64,000 bases of DNA from Takakia lepidozioides. Its lineage: Eukaryota; Plantae; Bryophyta. The notes below the pieces were generated by a model. The model was given only the letters and a program-made list of their open reading frames with translations, did no database searches and was not told where the DNA came from. How positions within the stretch are numbered: the stretch's first letter is position 1; each line of letters begins with the position of its first letter. The position numbers and the translations under genes were made by a program. The stretch is taken from contig CM060732.1 of the NCBI GenBank assembly GCA_030704615.1, positions 49,104,001-49,168,000 on the forward strand, read 5' to 3'. Shown here piece by piece: positions 50,901 to 64,000 of this stretch.

Positions 50901-53900
50901 GGTATTAAAGGGGGGTGGAGTAGAGGTTTGTTATTATTATTATTATTTTTTGACTGGGTTTGGGTCTGTACATGGAAGATCTAATAGCTCTTGGGTGAGT
51001 GTGTGCGTGCAGATTCTGATGGACAAGATCATGGGAGTGATTTTACCTACAGAGAGGGAGACAATGAGTCACAAAGGTGCGTCTTGTCATTAGAAGTGCC
51101 AACAGTTTGTGAAGGTCAATGGCAGCTGTTTCTAATGGTGGAGGAGTCGCTTGCCATACTAAACTATTTTATTGGTCCCATAAGAGTGGCTTATTGTGCT
51201 TTGAGGTTCTTTATAATTAAGTTGTGACAAGGGTTGCCAGACGTGTTTTGACTTAGTCAGTGATAACACCCTTAGAGGTCATGGATAGAGTGACATATGG
51301 AAGTGCAAGAGAGGTTGTTCATTTACTTGTGAATCTGGTGATATTTTTTGATGAATATAGGTTCGAAAGCATTAAATAAGAATGTCAGCAGGGAGGATGC
51401 AGCAACTGTCATCGATGATATCTTCAGGTGTGGTTTTCCGCTCTTTCTTACTCTCTCACTCTCTCCAACCAATCTCCAGGAGTTGATTGATTGCGTGAAG
51501 AGATACTTTGATCTTTGGGGGCTAGAGGCTAATGTCAGCAAATGTGCAGTGGTAGCATTCAACAACAGAGGAGAGGGAGGAAGTGATCTTAAGTGGCAGT
51601 GGGGTAGCCAAGAGATCCCGGTCCTCCCTTCCTACACTTACCTGGGCGTTGAGTTTTCCTCCAATTGTAATTGGGATGCACATATCCGGAAAGTTGTTCA
51701 AACTGGCAAGGGCAAAGCTCTGGGGCTCACTAAATTTTTCCACTGCAGAGGGGTCAACTCTGAGGTTAAGAAAACCATGCTTTGTCGCGTTATTAGACCT
51801 GCCTTGGAGTACGGATCTGCAATATGGGTTGATAACTCCAACCAGGCTAAGTTTCTAGAATCCATTCAAGTGGGGGTGCTTAAGGAGTGTATGTCAGCAT
51901 GCTCCAAAACAGCCAATGTGGCTGTTCGGGGTGAGTTTGGCATTCCGTCCTTAAGCTCCCGACGAGATGAATTCAAGGTCAGATGGTGGGGTCAGCTGCA
52001 ACATATGCCCAACACCAGATATCCTAAGTCGATCGACTCTATATCTTGGAAACAGGACCGCCCTGTCAAAAGGCTAAGTCCTGGCAGAAGAGAGTAGAAG
52101 AGATTCTCAAGGACCTGGACCTGGATCCACAAGTCTTGACCCTGCTGGATAAATCTGACTTAGAGGCTGTAGTGTCCTCAGCCATGTCTGTTGCCATGAG
52201 ATTGTCTGATGAAAATGAAGTTAGGCAGAAAACTTCCCTGAACTTGTTTCCAGTCAGTGACATGGGGGAGGACATCTTGGATGACCTCAAGGGTCTACCC
52301 ACTCTCGGCACTAGACTGAAATTTAAACTCAGGGCAGGAAGCCTACCTTTGAACAGCAAACAGAAGCAGAGAGGAAAGGGAGAGTGCAATTGCCCGCTGT
52401 GTGGGCAATCTGAAGACAGTATTCACTTTCTGATACACTGTCCGGGGTTCTCTCACCAAAGAGACGCTCTCTTCAATTCTATCAAGGGAATTGTGCCTGT
52501 ACCCCTGTTTAACAACTTTGAAAGTCTCGAAGCTGAGCCAAAAGCCCAGGCCCTCCTGAGGCCTAGTTTTTGGGCAAATCACACATAGCAGATTGATGCT
52601 TGTGTGAAGGGATTTCTAGAGGATATCTGGAAAACCCGGATTAATTCTATATATGATGGTGAGTCACACTACCAACGTCAGCCCCTGACAGAGGTAGGTT
52701 CTGTCCCTTTTGTTCCCGCTCAAACTGGGCACGGGGTCAATGGCCACAAGGCTACGGCAAACGTCTTATGAGTACAATCTCTCACTCTCTCACATATGAG
52801 TCTCTTTTGTTCCCGCTCAAACTGGGCGTGGGGTCAATGGCCACAAGGCTACGGCAAACAACGTCTTATGAGTACAATCTCTCACTCTCTCACATGTGTC
52901 TCCAAAGCCATGTCTGATACTCAAGACTGTCCGATGAAAATGAAGTTAGGCATAAAACTTCCCTGACCTTGTTTCCAGTCTGTGACATGGATGAGAACTT
53001 TAAGGATGATCTCAAGGGCCTACATACTCTCAGTACAAGACTGACATTTAAACTCGGGATGGGAAGCCTGCCTACCTTTGAACAAAAAAACAGATGCAGA
53101 GAGGAAGAGATTGTAATTGCCTCATATGCGGGCAGCCTGAAGACAATATCCATTTTCCGATACATTGTCCCGGCTATTCTCACCAGAGAGTGACCCTCTT
53201 CAGGTCAATCAAGAGCATTGTCCCTGCACCTCTTCACCAACTTTCAAAATCTTGGGGCTGAGCCTAAAGCTCTGGCCCTGTCGTGGCCTAATTGCTGGGC
53301 AGCTCACAAACTGCAAGTCATGCTTGTGTGAAGGGCTTTCTAGAGGATATCTGGAAAACCCAACTAATTGTCTCACTCAAGGTAAGTCACACTACTGGAG
53401 TGAGCCCCTCACAACGTCCGTATCTTATGAGTACATTCTCCCATATGTGCTTCCCAAATCTCAAGGATGCCCCTGAAGCCCTCACTCTGTTGGGGTCTAA
53501 TTGATGTGGAGCTCACACACAGCAGATTTATGCTTGTGTGAAGGGCTTTCTAGAGGAAACCTGGAAAGCCTGGACTAATTGTTTATATCAAGGTAGGTCC
53601 CACTACCGAAGTGAGCCCCTCACAAAGGTAGTGTTTGTTCCCTCTTGTTCCTCCCAAACTGGCGCAGGGTCTATGGCCACAAGGCTATGGCAAACATCTT
53701 ATCTCAAAGGTGTGGCTTATATCTGGCAGTGTCCTTGTGGTTCCACCTGTGTTTGTTGGCCTTTGTTCCAGGATCATGTGTCCTCAGTCAGTTAGCAGGT
53801 GAGTGAAGAACACATGATCACAGCCAGTATTTGCTGGTGATCTCAGCTGATTCTGCAGCTAGCCTGCAGCAATGTGCTTTTCCCCATTTCAGGCATACTC

Positions 53901-56900
53901 AGGCGATATTCCGTTCGCTAGAGATGAACCACACTCCAGGAGGGAATCTAATTTCACTGTATGATCTACAACAGTAGCAAGTCAATGGATCTTTGTTGCC
54001 GGATGTTTATATCTGTTCTGGCTTATGCGGCCTAGACTACAGTATTGTTGCAATGGGAAGTTCTTCCATAAGAAGCTGATGCTACCTAGTTAGAGTTTCT
54101 GAGAGGAGCAGTAGTAGCAGAAATCAATCTTTTTGTCTAACAACTGTAGCCTCAGCAATCAACCTCCCAACCACAAAACGCTCTTGCATCTTGCAAACTA
54201 GTAGTTTAGCCGGTCTTACTCCAACAACCTGCTACCTACTTCTGTAAGTTCCGTCTTGTGGATCAGGTCCAGGCCTCTTACCAATTCACCCAGAGGGTCA
54301 TTGGCCCTTGCTCCAGTAAATATACCTTGCCTTCCATAGCAATGTCTTAGAAGCTTCTCTACTGGTATTTGGAGCAACTCCTTTTCCTTGTTCTGTCTGA
54401 ATTTGTCAGTCTTGTCTTCTGGTTGCTCTCCTCTCATTGGCATCCACTAGTTGCTTCTTCTGCTAGTAGTGAACTTGGCCTCCTGCCTTAAATGTACTAG
54501 GTAATGCAGACTGTGACAATTGATGTGCCAAGTGGAATGGGGGTGCCAATTAAAGTGCTAAGATTGTATTGCCCTGGTTGGTTCAGGAAGTTGCGAGGTT
54601 CAGGTGCCCTTGAGTTAGGATCAGGGGGAAGGAAGAGCAAGGCAGCGGCTGCGTCCAGCAGCCTAGGGCGCTCTGACGATCAAGATGAGGTTGTTGGCTG
54701 GGATGAGGCGAAAACACGCTGCCCCTGTGGCAACTCTGTCGACATGGGAACCATGATCCAGGTCGCTTGTCTCACTGCCTTTCTTTCCCCTCTTCACTCT
54801 TCTGTCGGTCTGTTAGAGGGTTCTGATTGGTGGTCAAGTGTCTGCATCAATTATTTTCCTGCTATTGGTTGGCTAACCTCAAATCAGGAGATCAAATGGC
54901 ATTTTAGGAGTTTCCTACCACATGGTTGTATGCTGTTGTCTATTGTTTTGTGCTCTATTGCTGTATTTTGTAGTGAAGGTGTGATCTAGATGACCTGATT
55001 AGTGCATGTTTCTATGTCGTTGACTTTGATTGGTGATGTTGTGTAGCAGTGCGACGATAGCAAATGTGGCGTGTGGCAACATATGAATTGTGTGGTGATT
55101 CCAGACCAGCCATCTGAGAGTGTTGAACCTGATGTTCCTTTGCAGTTCTATTGCGAGCTTTGTCGCATCAGTCGCTGTGATCCGTAGGATTCTATCCCTA
55201 TTTTTTCTTCAATATTGTAGGTCCATACTGGGTCTGTGGCCTTTTCCTCTTTCTCTTGAGCTGGGGTTGTGGTGGGAAGGTGGTTTGCTTGACACTCCCC
55301 TGCCATTCCCAAAAGGAAGGTGTCACTAGAGCCAAGTACTCAAGCAAGGGGACACAGAGGTCTTTGTTTTGCAAAAGTATGCATAGAATCAGAGTAGAGC
55401 TTAATCAAGTAAGCATGACAAGAAGCACCTATCCCAAAAGGAAGACCAAGTACTCAAGCAAGGACCCGTATAGAAGGCCTTGGTTTTGCACAAGTATTCC
55501 TAGATTCAGAGTAGAGCTTAGTCAAGTTCATGTAAGTTCCTCACAGTGTCAACTCTCTTTGTGCTGCCATACTAAGCAGCCCAGACACTGTTGAAGGAGT
55601 CTGAATGGATACGTGGCTTGTAGCCATAGTGTAGTCAGTTCTTTCAGCTGTTGCCTGCTCCTCTTCCAAATGAGAAGAGTGGCCAAGCTTACCAGCCATA
55701 TAGCGCAGCAGCTTTAGGTCAAGACCTCCAAGGTGAACCCCAACCACCCTAGTGAGTCATCCCGTTATCCAATTTCCCGTTGCGTTCTACAAAAAAAGAA
55801 CTGAACAGAATAACGGGATCAGGCAATTCTTGAATGCTGTCTATAAAGATCTTAGCAACATTCAAGGAAAGAGAGAGAGAAAAAATATCCTCAAGCCTCT
55901 CATTTTCAGGTTTCCTAAGACTGATATAAGGCATTGGCTACAGTAGACCAGCCAAGAGAGCAATGTACATTGAGCGGATTATGTAGAAGGTGTACACATA
56001 TACTCTATTATGTTGCTGCTACAGGGCCTAGCACAAGCTATCATGTATGAGTTTGCCATCAAATGTCCTGTATGTTCAAGGATGGAGAAAGAGCCAGAGG
56101 GATCAGGCAGTTCTTGAGTGTTGTTACAAAGAACGTATCCACATTCAAAGAAAGAGAGAGAGAGAGAGAGCAGTTTTGTGAGTAATGTGTGCATGTATCT
56201 TTGCAACAGCTTCTGCGTAGCAGTTTCGCACCCTTTGCTTCCAATAAAGCTGACCATGTCGCTGTCGAAGGCGGAAGGGTTTGTCCTCACTCTCACCTGT
56301 GTTAATCTGCAGTTGATGGTATTTGCTTTCAGATGTGGATAGCCTTATGATCATGCAACTGAGTGTTGACTGAAGTAGTCATTTTGCTAAATCTGTCATG
56401 ACATGATTTGACGGGATAATGGTTAGGGATAATGGTTAAGTTATAAGACTTGGGATGTGAAGAGCACATATTTCGTTGCTGCATTATATTGTTTGTAAGT
56501 TTCACTTGTTTCTGCTGGAGGCCATGACAGGGGAATCTGAGTCCAGCATAGCTGCAATTTTTTTCAAAATGTTTATGGGGGAGTTTTGGGCGGGTGCAGC
56601 GCAAATCCATTGCAAAGTGTTGAGAAGACCTTTTCATTAACTCGTTCAGAGAGAGATTTGCTTCACAAAGAAAACCATGATTTGCAGGTGAAAGCTTCGA
56701 TTTCTTGCTATTGCCTGGGGACGTAGCTTGTTGGGCCTGGGGTGGTTGCTTGGTTGATGCTTCGTTGATTTCGTTGTCTACATTCTAACAGTCTTAATAT
56801 AAAAATGCATGGATGCTTCTGAGACACCATGAGCTTTTCATATCTGACACAAGTGGAGATGTTAATGGATGTATGAAATGCGAATAGTTGCTTGTATATT

Positions 56901-59900
56901 GGTTTCACTGATATCATCATTCTACTCGAGCTGCAATATGGGTTCTTGAATACTGTTGGGTATCTGCAAGTGCACAAGCTGATAAAGTTGTGATGGAGTG
57001 AAATGCAATGAGAGCTGTGTAAGCATGCCTGGTTGGTTCACTCCTGACGGAGAGCCTCTCGTGGCGAACCTGTCCTGCAGGTCTGGTGTGTGCTACTAAA
57101 TGACAAGGTTCCTTTCCGCCTGCATTGGGCAGCATATGCTGACCTCCGTGTTAATGGTATTTTTGTCCCAATGTCTCCCATATTGATTGCATGTGTGTGG
57201 GGATTTCACTTTTCAATCAATTGAACTATTTGAACTAGTTGATGCAATTGGAATTATACATCAAAGAAGATGTGTGCAGAATACCATCATTGCTGTTTGT
57301 TTATGTATGGTGACTATATTATGATTGGACTGCAACAGGTGTGTCAGTGCGAGTGACCAATCGACCAGGTCAACAGCTACTTGGGGCTAATGGGCGTGAT
57401 GAAGGGCCAGGGGTAGGTTTGTTTCGCTTTAAGTTTTGTAATGGTAGCTTCTGGTTAGCTGGTTAGCATACCAAGTGGTATCAGGATGTGTATGCTGTTT
57501 TTAGTTTATGATGTATCGCTGTCGTGGGAGAGTCCATACATAAGTGATTTCGCAAGGTGAGAGTGGTTCAGATAAGGAGGGCCCACCCTTCACATGGATT
57601 GTCTGTGGCTGTGCAGGTTTTCATGCCCAAGCCCCCCCTGTATGTTTGACTGTGTCTGTCTCTTTCTCTCAGTGATTTGGATTTGATGGGCCTTGCAGAT
57701 TACAGCATGTACCAGGGAAGGAATTAATCGCCTGTCACTGACAGCATATGATGCCCGTCCCTTTTGTGTGGGAGTGCGCATTATTCGTCGCTGCTCTCTC
57801 CAGCAGGTACTCTTTTGTCTCTTTCCCAGTTTGGGGTGTTTTCGGATATAACTGTGGGTTGATTTGAAGGTCAGCTTGTTGGGTGTGAATGGGTTGTAGC
57901 TTGTTGCCCATCTTCTAAGTAAACATCATTGGATGATTGTATGCTTCTGTGCTATGTCTGTGACATCCTTCTTGAATTGGGGTTAGTAGGTTGACAAGTT
58001 TTCAAAATGCAGCAGTGAAGATTGGTCCTATTTCATCGAGTTTTGAGGGGTGGAGGCAACCATCTAACATTTTATAGCACTGTGGTATGTAAAGACTTGG
58101 GTGTTGCGTTGATGCCAAATGGAAAGATTTCCTGCAGCAAATATGGTTCTTGTTCTAACATGTCTGTTTTCATTTTTGGGTTTGCACAACAGGTCATGGC
58201 CATGATCCCAGCAGTGACCGAAGGCGAGGCCTTAGAAGATGCCATGGCTCGTTTAAGCCGGTGCATCAATGGTGGCGGTGGTCAGGGAACAGGGGTTGAT
58301 GATGATGATGATAGCGACGTGGAAGTTGTTGCAGAGTCTATTTCTGTCAATTTACGTTGCCCTGTAAGTACTTCAAATAGTCCTGAGACTTGCCTTACAC
58401 AGATGTGTTATGGGCTTTTAAGTGGAACGTGCCTTCCATTCGCCATTCAAAGTAGGCCCTCTATTTAGGACTATTTTGCTCCCTCCATCTTGTGGCATAC
58501 CCTCCAGACTATCAACTCTTGATGGAAATAGTCTTCATGTGCTTTTTCTGTCTGTCTGTCCTGTCAGGCAAAGGAAATTAGTAAGTACATACTTCTGTGT
58601 GTGTTGTGTAAAATGATTTAGTGTTGCTAGTTGTGACCTGCATTTTCTCGCAGATAGTCAACTCTTTTGACTGTACTTTGCACAATAGACACAACAACTT
58701 ATTCATGTATTTGGTAACCACGGATCTTGTAGGCACACAACTTTGGGAATGTGTTCAAGCTTTCTATCTTTCTTTCATTAAGTTCTTTGCCTATATTATC
58801 ATTGTTCGGTTGGCAACATGCAGTGTTCTACTCTCTTCTTTCCATGAATAATGATTGACCATCACACTATTCTCACTATTCTCATGTTTCTCAGATGAGT
58901 GGGTCACGGATCAGGGTGGCTGGACGCTTCAAGCCATGCCTCCATATGGGGTGCTTTGATCTGAATACTTTTGTGGAGCTGAATCAACGAGCACGAAAGG
59001 TTAGTGCCTCGAAGTTTGTCTTTGGTTGCTGCTCTTCTCTAACATCTACTTCGAAGATGTAAAGCTAGACTGTGCTTCGTTCCTTGCCAAAGGTCAGGTG
59101 ATTTTATTGGGTGACTTCAATGCCCGGGTGGGTAAAGGTCTCCATCAGGATGATATCAATGGGCCTTTTGGTGAGGACGAGCTGGAAAGCCCAAACTGGG
59201 GAACGTTCCATTGTGGATTATATCATAGTGGACAAAAATTTGTTTCCCCAGAGTGCCAATGTGTTGATCGACAGAACTGATATTGGTAAAGGACACAGTT
59301 GGTAAAACTGTTCCTATGATTCAAAACAGCCCTGATGAACTGGAGTATATTTCAAAAGCCTACAACGCTCCCATTAGTTCTTCTGAGATTGTGGAAGCAA
59401 TTGAACATCTAAATGGATATAGAGCAGGTGGTCCTGATGGCATAGTCAACGAGCCATGATAGAGGCCCTAGTTCTCCTCTTTAACCTTATCTGGAAGACT
59501 GAAATGATCCCCTTTCGCTGGCGACAGGGGGTCATTGTCAATCTATATAAGAAGGGTGACAGAGAAGCCCCGGGGAACTATCGTGGCATCACACTCCTCA
59601 ATGCTGTTGGCAAGATACTTTGCAGAGTTATAAGTACTCGTCTCGAGGTTGATCTGGTATCTAGAGGTTGTTTTCACGAAGGCCAAGCTGGCTTTCGGCG
59701 AAACAGGGGCTGTGTGGACCATATCTTCACTCTAAGCCAGATTATCCAGGGAAGGAAAAAAGAAGGGAAACCCACTTATGTTTTTTTCTTGGATGTCAAA
59801 AAGGCTTATGACACAGTGTGGAGAGATGGTCTATGGCTCCGCCTCTGGTCTTGCGGAATCAAGGGAAAAATGTGGAGAGTTGTCCATAACTTGTATGCCC

Positions 59901-62900
59901 ACACCAAAAGCTGTGTCACTGTTAATGGACAAAGTCTAACTTCTTTGACTTAGACCAAGGTGTAGCTCAAGGATGTACCCTCTCCCCTCTGCTCTTCAAT
60001 GTTTTCATCAATCAACTCCTCGAGGATGTGGAACGTGAGGGATTTGGGTTAAGGGTGGGTGATGCCACCATTCCAGCCCTTATGTTTGCGGATGACTTCG
60101 CAGGCATTGGGGAGACTCCTTCCAACCTCCAGGAATTGATTGATTGCGCGAAGAGATACTTTGATCTTTGGGGGCTAGAGGCTAATGTCAGTAAATGTGC
60201 AGTGGTGGCATTCAACGACAGAGGAGAGGGAGGAAGTGATCTTAAGTGGCAGTGGGGTAGCGATCCCAGTCCTCCCTTCCTACACATACCTGGGCTTTGA
60301 GTTTTCCTCCAACTGTAACTGGGATGCACACACCCAGAAAGTTGTTCAAACTGGCAAGGGCAAAGCGCTGAGTCTCACTAAATTTTTTCACTGCAGAGGG
60401 ATTAACTCAGGTCAAGAAAACCTTGCTTTGCCGCGTTATTAGACCTGCCTTGGAGTACGGATCTGCTATTTGGGTTGATAACTCCAACCAGGCTAAGTCT
60501 CTAGAATCCATTCAAGTGGGGGTGCTTAAGGAGTGGCTGTTCGGGGTGAGTTTGGCATTCCGTCCTTAAGCTCCCGACGAGATGAATTCAAGGTCAGATG
60601 GTGGGGTCAGTTGCAACACATGTCCAACACCAGATACCCCAAGTTAATCGACTCTATATCTTGGAAACAGGACTGCCCTGTCAAACAGGCTAAGTCCTGG
60701 CAGAAGAGAGTAGAAGAGATTCTCAAGGATCTGGATCTGGACCCGCAAGTCTTGACCTTGCTGGATAAATCTGACTTAGAGACTGTAGTGTCCAAAGCCA
60801 TGTCTGTTACCAGCAAATTGTCTGATGCAAATGAAGTTAGGCAGAAAACTTCCCTGATCCTGTTTCCAATCTGTGACATGGGGGAGGATATCATGGATGA
60901 CCTCAAGGGTCTACCCACTCTCGGCACCAGACTGAAATTTAAACTCAGGGCAGGAAGCCTACCTTTGAACAGTAAACAGAAGCAGAGAGGAAAGGGAGAG
61001 TGCAATTGCCCGTTGTGTGGGCAACCCGAAGACTATTCATTTTCTGATGCACTGTCCAGGGTACTCTCACCAGAGAGAAGCTCTCCTCCAATCTATCAAG
61101 AGAAATTGTGCCTGTACCTCTGTTTACCAACTTTGAAAGTCTCGAGGCTTGGCCAAAAGCCCAGGCCCTTCTGAGGCCTAGTTTTTGGGCAAATCACACA
61201 CAGCAGATTGATGCTTGTGTGAAGGGATTTCTAGAGGATATCTGGAAAACCCGAATTAATTCTATTTATAAAGGTAAGTCTTACTACCAACGTCAGCCCC
61301 TGACGGAGGTAGGTTCTGTCCCTTTGGTTTCCGCTCAAACTGGGCGCGGGGTCCGGCCACAAGGCTACGGCAAACAACGTCTTATGAGTCTTTTCCTTTT
61401 CTTCTTCGTTCCTATCCCCTAACGTGTTTACCTTTTTGGTCTTCTTTGGATGTTCCCTCTCTCTTTGTTTAAGTGATAGCCAACAACATGACTGTGTTTT
61501 CCGGTTACTGCCGGAAATGGCTCAGTACATTAGTTGTGCTCTGTGCATAAACCTGTACCCACCGTCTGGAGCTGATGAAGTCGGTGGGGAAGTGAAGGTG
61601 CCTTGCCCACTACCATACTTGTTGTTGTTCTTCTTGGTCCATGGATTGGTGAGAGACAGTCACCATGTCTATACCAGTATTCTCAGTTTACGGGTTCAAT
61701 ATGAATCCATGTTTGTTGTTTTGTGTGTCTCCTTGTCTATTTTGTCCTTGCTTCTTTTTCTTTCTACTTTCTCATATCCGTTTTTCTTTTCTTTGCTTGT
61801 TTCTGGCTGTGGTCAGGTCTTCTCAGTACCTCTTTTCCGCTTACCTTTAATTGGAAGTTTGGAATATCTCTGTACTTGTAAGGATAGTACACTTAATGTT
61901 TATCTTTTTCTCCCTTGGTGTCTCTTTGAAGTTTTAGTTGTTTGTGTTATGCTTTCATTTAAGTGTTACTATAGTTTAAGGTGTTGGGGATTCTCCCTTA
62001 ATTTGTCATTTTACATCTGCAGGAATCACTGCAAAGACATCATGTGTTTAACAGTTTTACACAATGGTTAGTTTTTTCAAGTGAAGGGTGTTCTGGAGTT
62101 GTAAGTGTCTCTGGACTGATCTTATCGGAGTATGGTGTTTCTGGTGTCCTGAATGCAGTGGCAGTGTCCTATTTGCTTGAAAAACTATTCGATTGAAACT
62201 CTCATCGTGGATCCCTTGTTCAACCTCATCACTACTGCAGTAAGTACAGAAATTCCTCATGGTACGCTTTCTCCCAGTTGCTGGTTTTGCATTGATTAAA
62301 TGTATCTCATCACCACGTAGAATGGAGAGTTGACTGTGAAAACGTATGTGGTGACAGATGAAAGATATGGGGGAAGATGTCACTGAAGTTGAGATGAAAG
62401 CTGATGGTTTGTGGCGTCCGAAATTGGAAGGGGATGCAAAGTTTCGTGAGCGATGGCGAACACCCAGTGGCACTCCAGTCACTTCAGTCACTGCTGTTAA
62501 TGGGGGCAGCTATCATGGGACCATGCTGCCAAAACTGCCTATCCGACCTGTAAAAGCAGAGGAGGTTCTCTCTTCACAAGAACAGGGATCCTTGAGACTG
62601 GGGATCAAACGTGCCAGTGATGGGCTCTGGACTGCGAATGGCTCGAAGCGGTCCAAAGGCTGGGCAGATGCAGGCCCTAGCCGGCGGCAAAAGGCCAATG
62701 CAACTCTTTCCCAAAGTAGCAGTGCAACTGACAGCAATGAAGAGGAGGAGAATGTTGAGGATGGTGAGAGGAGTGTAAACCAAGAGCCTAGTGATAAGGA
62801 TACTGGTTATTCAGAGGATAATGAGGAAGTGGGTTTTCCAGTTAAATCCGTTGATGGTGCAGGAGGAGCATGGAAAAATAGCGATGCTGACCCACTGACT

Positions 62901-64000
62901 GGAGGAAATGTAATAGTGCTTAGCGACACTGATGAAGAGGATGCCGCTGAGCCAATTTTACACTCTGCGGGGGCATCAGTTTATGGAGAAATAGATATCT
63001 TGGGCCATAGTAGGGTAAGGTCCCCTGATGCAATGCTACCAAGTGACTTGCATTGTGACTCACCAGGTTTGATGCTTCCGACAGATATTGACGAAGGGGA
63101 GCTGGGGGTCAGGTCGGGGTCTCTGGGATTAAACGCGCCATCTAGTACAAGAATAGGCACGAGTATGGCTGAAAAAAGGAGTAGTGGCATTGGGTTATGC
63201 TTGCAAATGGAGAACAGAAACTTTTGGTCCCCTCAGTTGCCAAGTGTTCAAAATGTTCCATATGGCTATTTTAATACCTTAGACCCAAATACAAGCCACC
63301 ATCCTCCTCCTGTGCGGCCCACACCAGTTCAAGCCGTGGTGGGCTCAGCATATGGACTCCCATCTCCCCCATCCATGGAGGACTCCATTAGGGGTTCAGG
63401 CTGGACGCGATATAGTCGGCCCTCCCCTAAACCTCCATTTCCAACTGCCGAGGGTAGTGGCGGGAGTAATGATGGTGGCAGGGGCGCTTCACCATCGGAC
63501 TCTGCTTTGCGCCTGTTTCTGCCTCCCCAGCCTGCAAGGCTTCAGGTATATCATTTGTGTTTAACTATGCTGCTGTCTTTCAAGGCAGGTTTACAGCACA
63601 TACATTTATCCTGTGTGGTTAAAACAATTGAGATCTTGTTGATACTCACCCAAGAAACTTTGCTCCAGTGGCACGTAGTTCCACTGCTTGGAATATTGGC
63701 GAGGGATCAGGAACTGATGTCTATTTGTATGTTGGTTGCATCTGAAACTGGAAGGGGCAAAAAGCATGGAGGTTTTTTTAATTTGGTGGCCACAAAATCA
63801 CTAAGCTGTCTCCTACCTTTGAGTGATATCTGTGTTGAATGGTCACAGGTTCAATCCAACTTGCGGGAACCTTTGATATCACAGGGGGAGCAGATTGACA
63901 ATACATGGTTTTCACTGAGTCTGGGTGGAGGGGACAGTGTGATGGACTCAGCTGCCCCACCATGTATTCCCAGCTCCTCGTCGCAGGAGCCTCACCGTCC
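47974..64000 (+). CDS. SIZ1: SUMO E3 ligase SIZ1 (SAP-PHD-PINIT-SP-RING), 3' end beyond the window
   Basis: Exons: MDELATRCQ (47974-48000), [27 protein letters not shown] (48240-48320, SAP), ILMDKIMG (~51013), [14 protein letters not shown] (51361-51427), KLRGSG..RCPCG (~54587), [17 protein letters not shown] (PHD, ~55050), [63 protein letters not shown] (SP-RING), [10 protein letters not shown] (~62159), and a long exon from 62358 with SIM-like [10 protein letters not shown]. All have GT-AG borders. Confidence 0.95.
49110..50480 (-). mobile_element. Degenerate Ty3/Gypsy gag-protease fragment in a SIZ1 intron
   Basis: [28 protein letters not shown] resembles a retropepsin flap region. The upstream sequence is heavily decayed. 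Confidence 0.5.
51466..52778 (+). mobile_element. 5'-truncated RTE-X-like LINE in a SIZ1 intron
   Basis: RT thumb ([30 protein letters not shown]) and [17 protein letters not shown] knuckle. Apparent TSD TCTCTCACTCTCTC at about 51452 and 52779. Confidence 0.85.
52800..53705 (+). mobile_element. Further degraded 3'-end fragments of the same LINE family
   Basis: Repeated GCTTGTGTGAAGGG(A/C)TTTCTAGAGGA..CTGGAAA and GGCCACAAGGCTA.GGCAAAC..CTTAT terminal motifs. Confidence 0.8.
59040..61390 (+). mobile_element. RTE-X-like LINE (partial APE, RT, CCHC), frameshifted, in a SIZ1 intron
   Basis: [79 protein letters not shown]. Closely similar to 51466-52778. Confidence 0.9.

Noticed and set aside
61424-62071. 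215-aa hydrophobic ORF
   Set aside because: It is T-rich SIZ1 intron sequence with no domain.

Overview
Eukaryotic nuclear DNA from a seed-free land plant, probably a bryophyte (inferred from PLS-PPR style and TE types, not certain). There are two intact-looking host genes: DMC1 (minus strand, 270-4980, last intron a U12 AT-AC intron) and SIZ1 SUMO E3 ligase (plus strand, 47974 to beyond the window end). Between them lie about 43 kb of nested transposons and decaying PLS-E/DYW PPR genes. The most striking element is a pair of Dualen/RandI-like non-LTR retrotransposons. The longer copy has the order 2A-like peptide, APE, [RT deleted], chromodomain, PCIF1/CAPAM-like N6-adenine methyltransferase fold (NPPF replaced by HPP in both copies), RNase H, CCHC and restriction-like endonuclease. 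Both copies end in a covarying structured 3' RNA motif plus a microsatellite tail. The window also holds a Gypsy fragment carrying a C5 DNA methyltransferase, a CACTA element (TIR and TSD seen) that captured four tandem OSB-type PDF-motif exon pairs, a MULE with a 9-bp TSD, two inverted hAT-type MITEs, RTE-X-like LINEs in SIZ1 introns, and a 206-bp hairpin tandem repeat upstream of DMC1. All domain calls come from by-eye motif recognition; no database searches were run.
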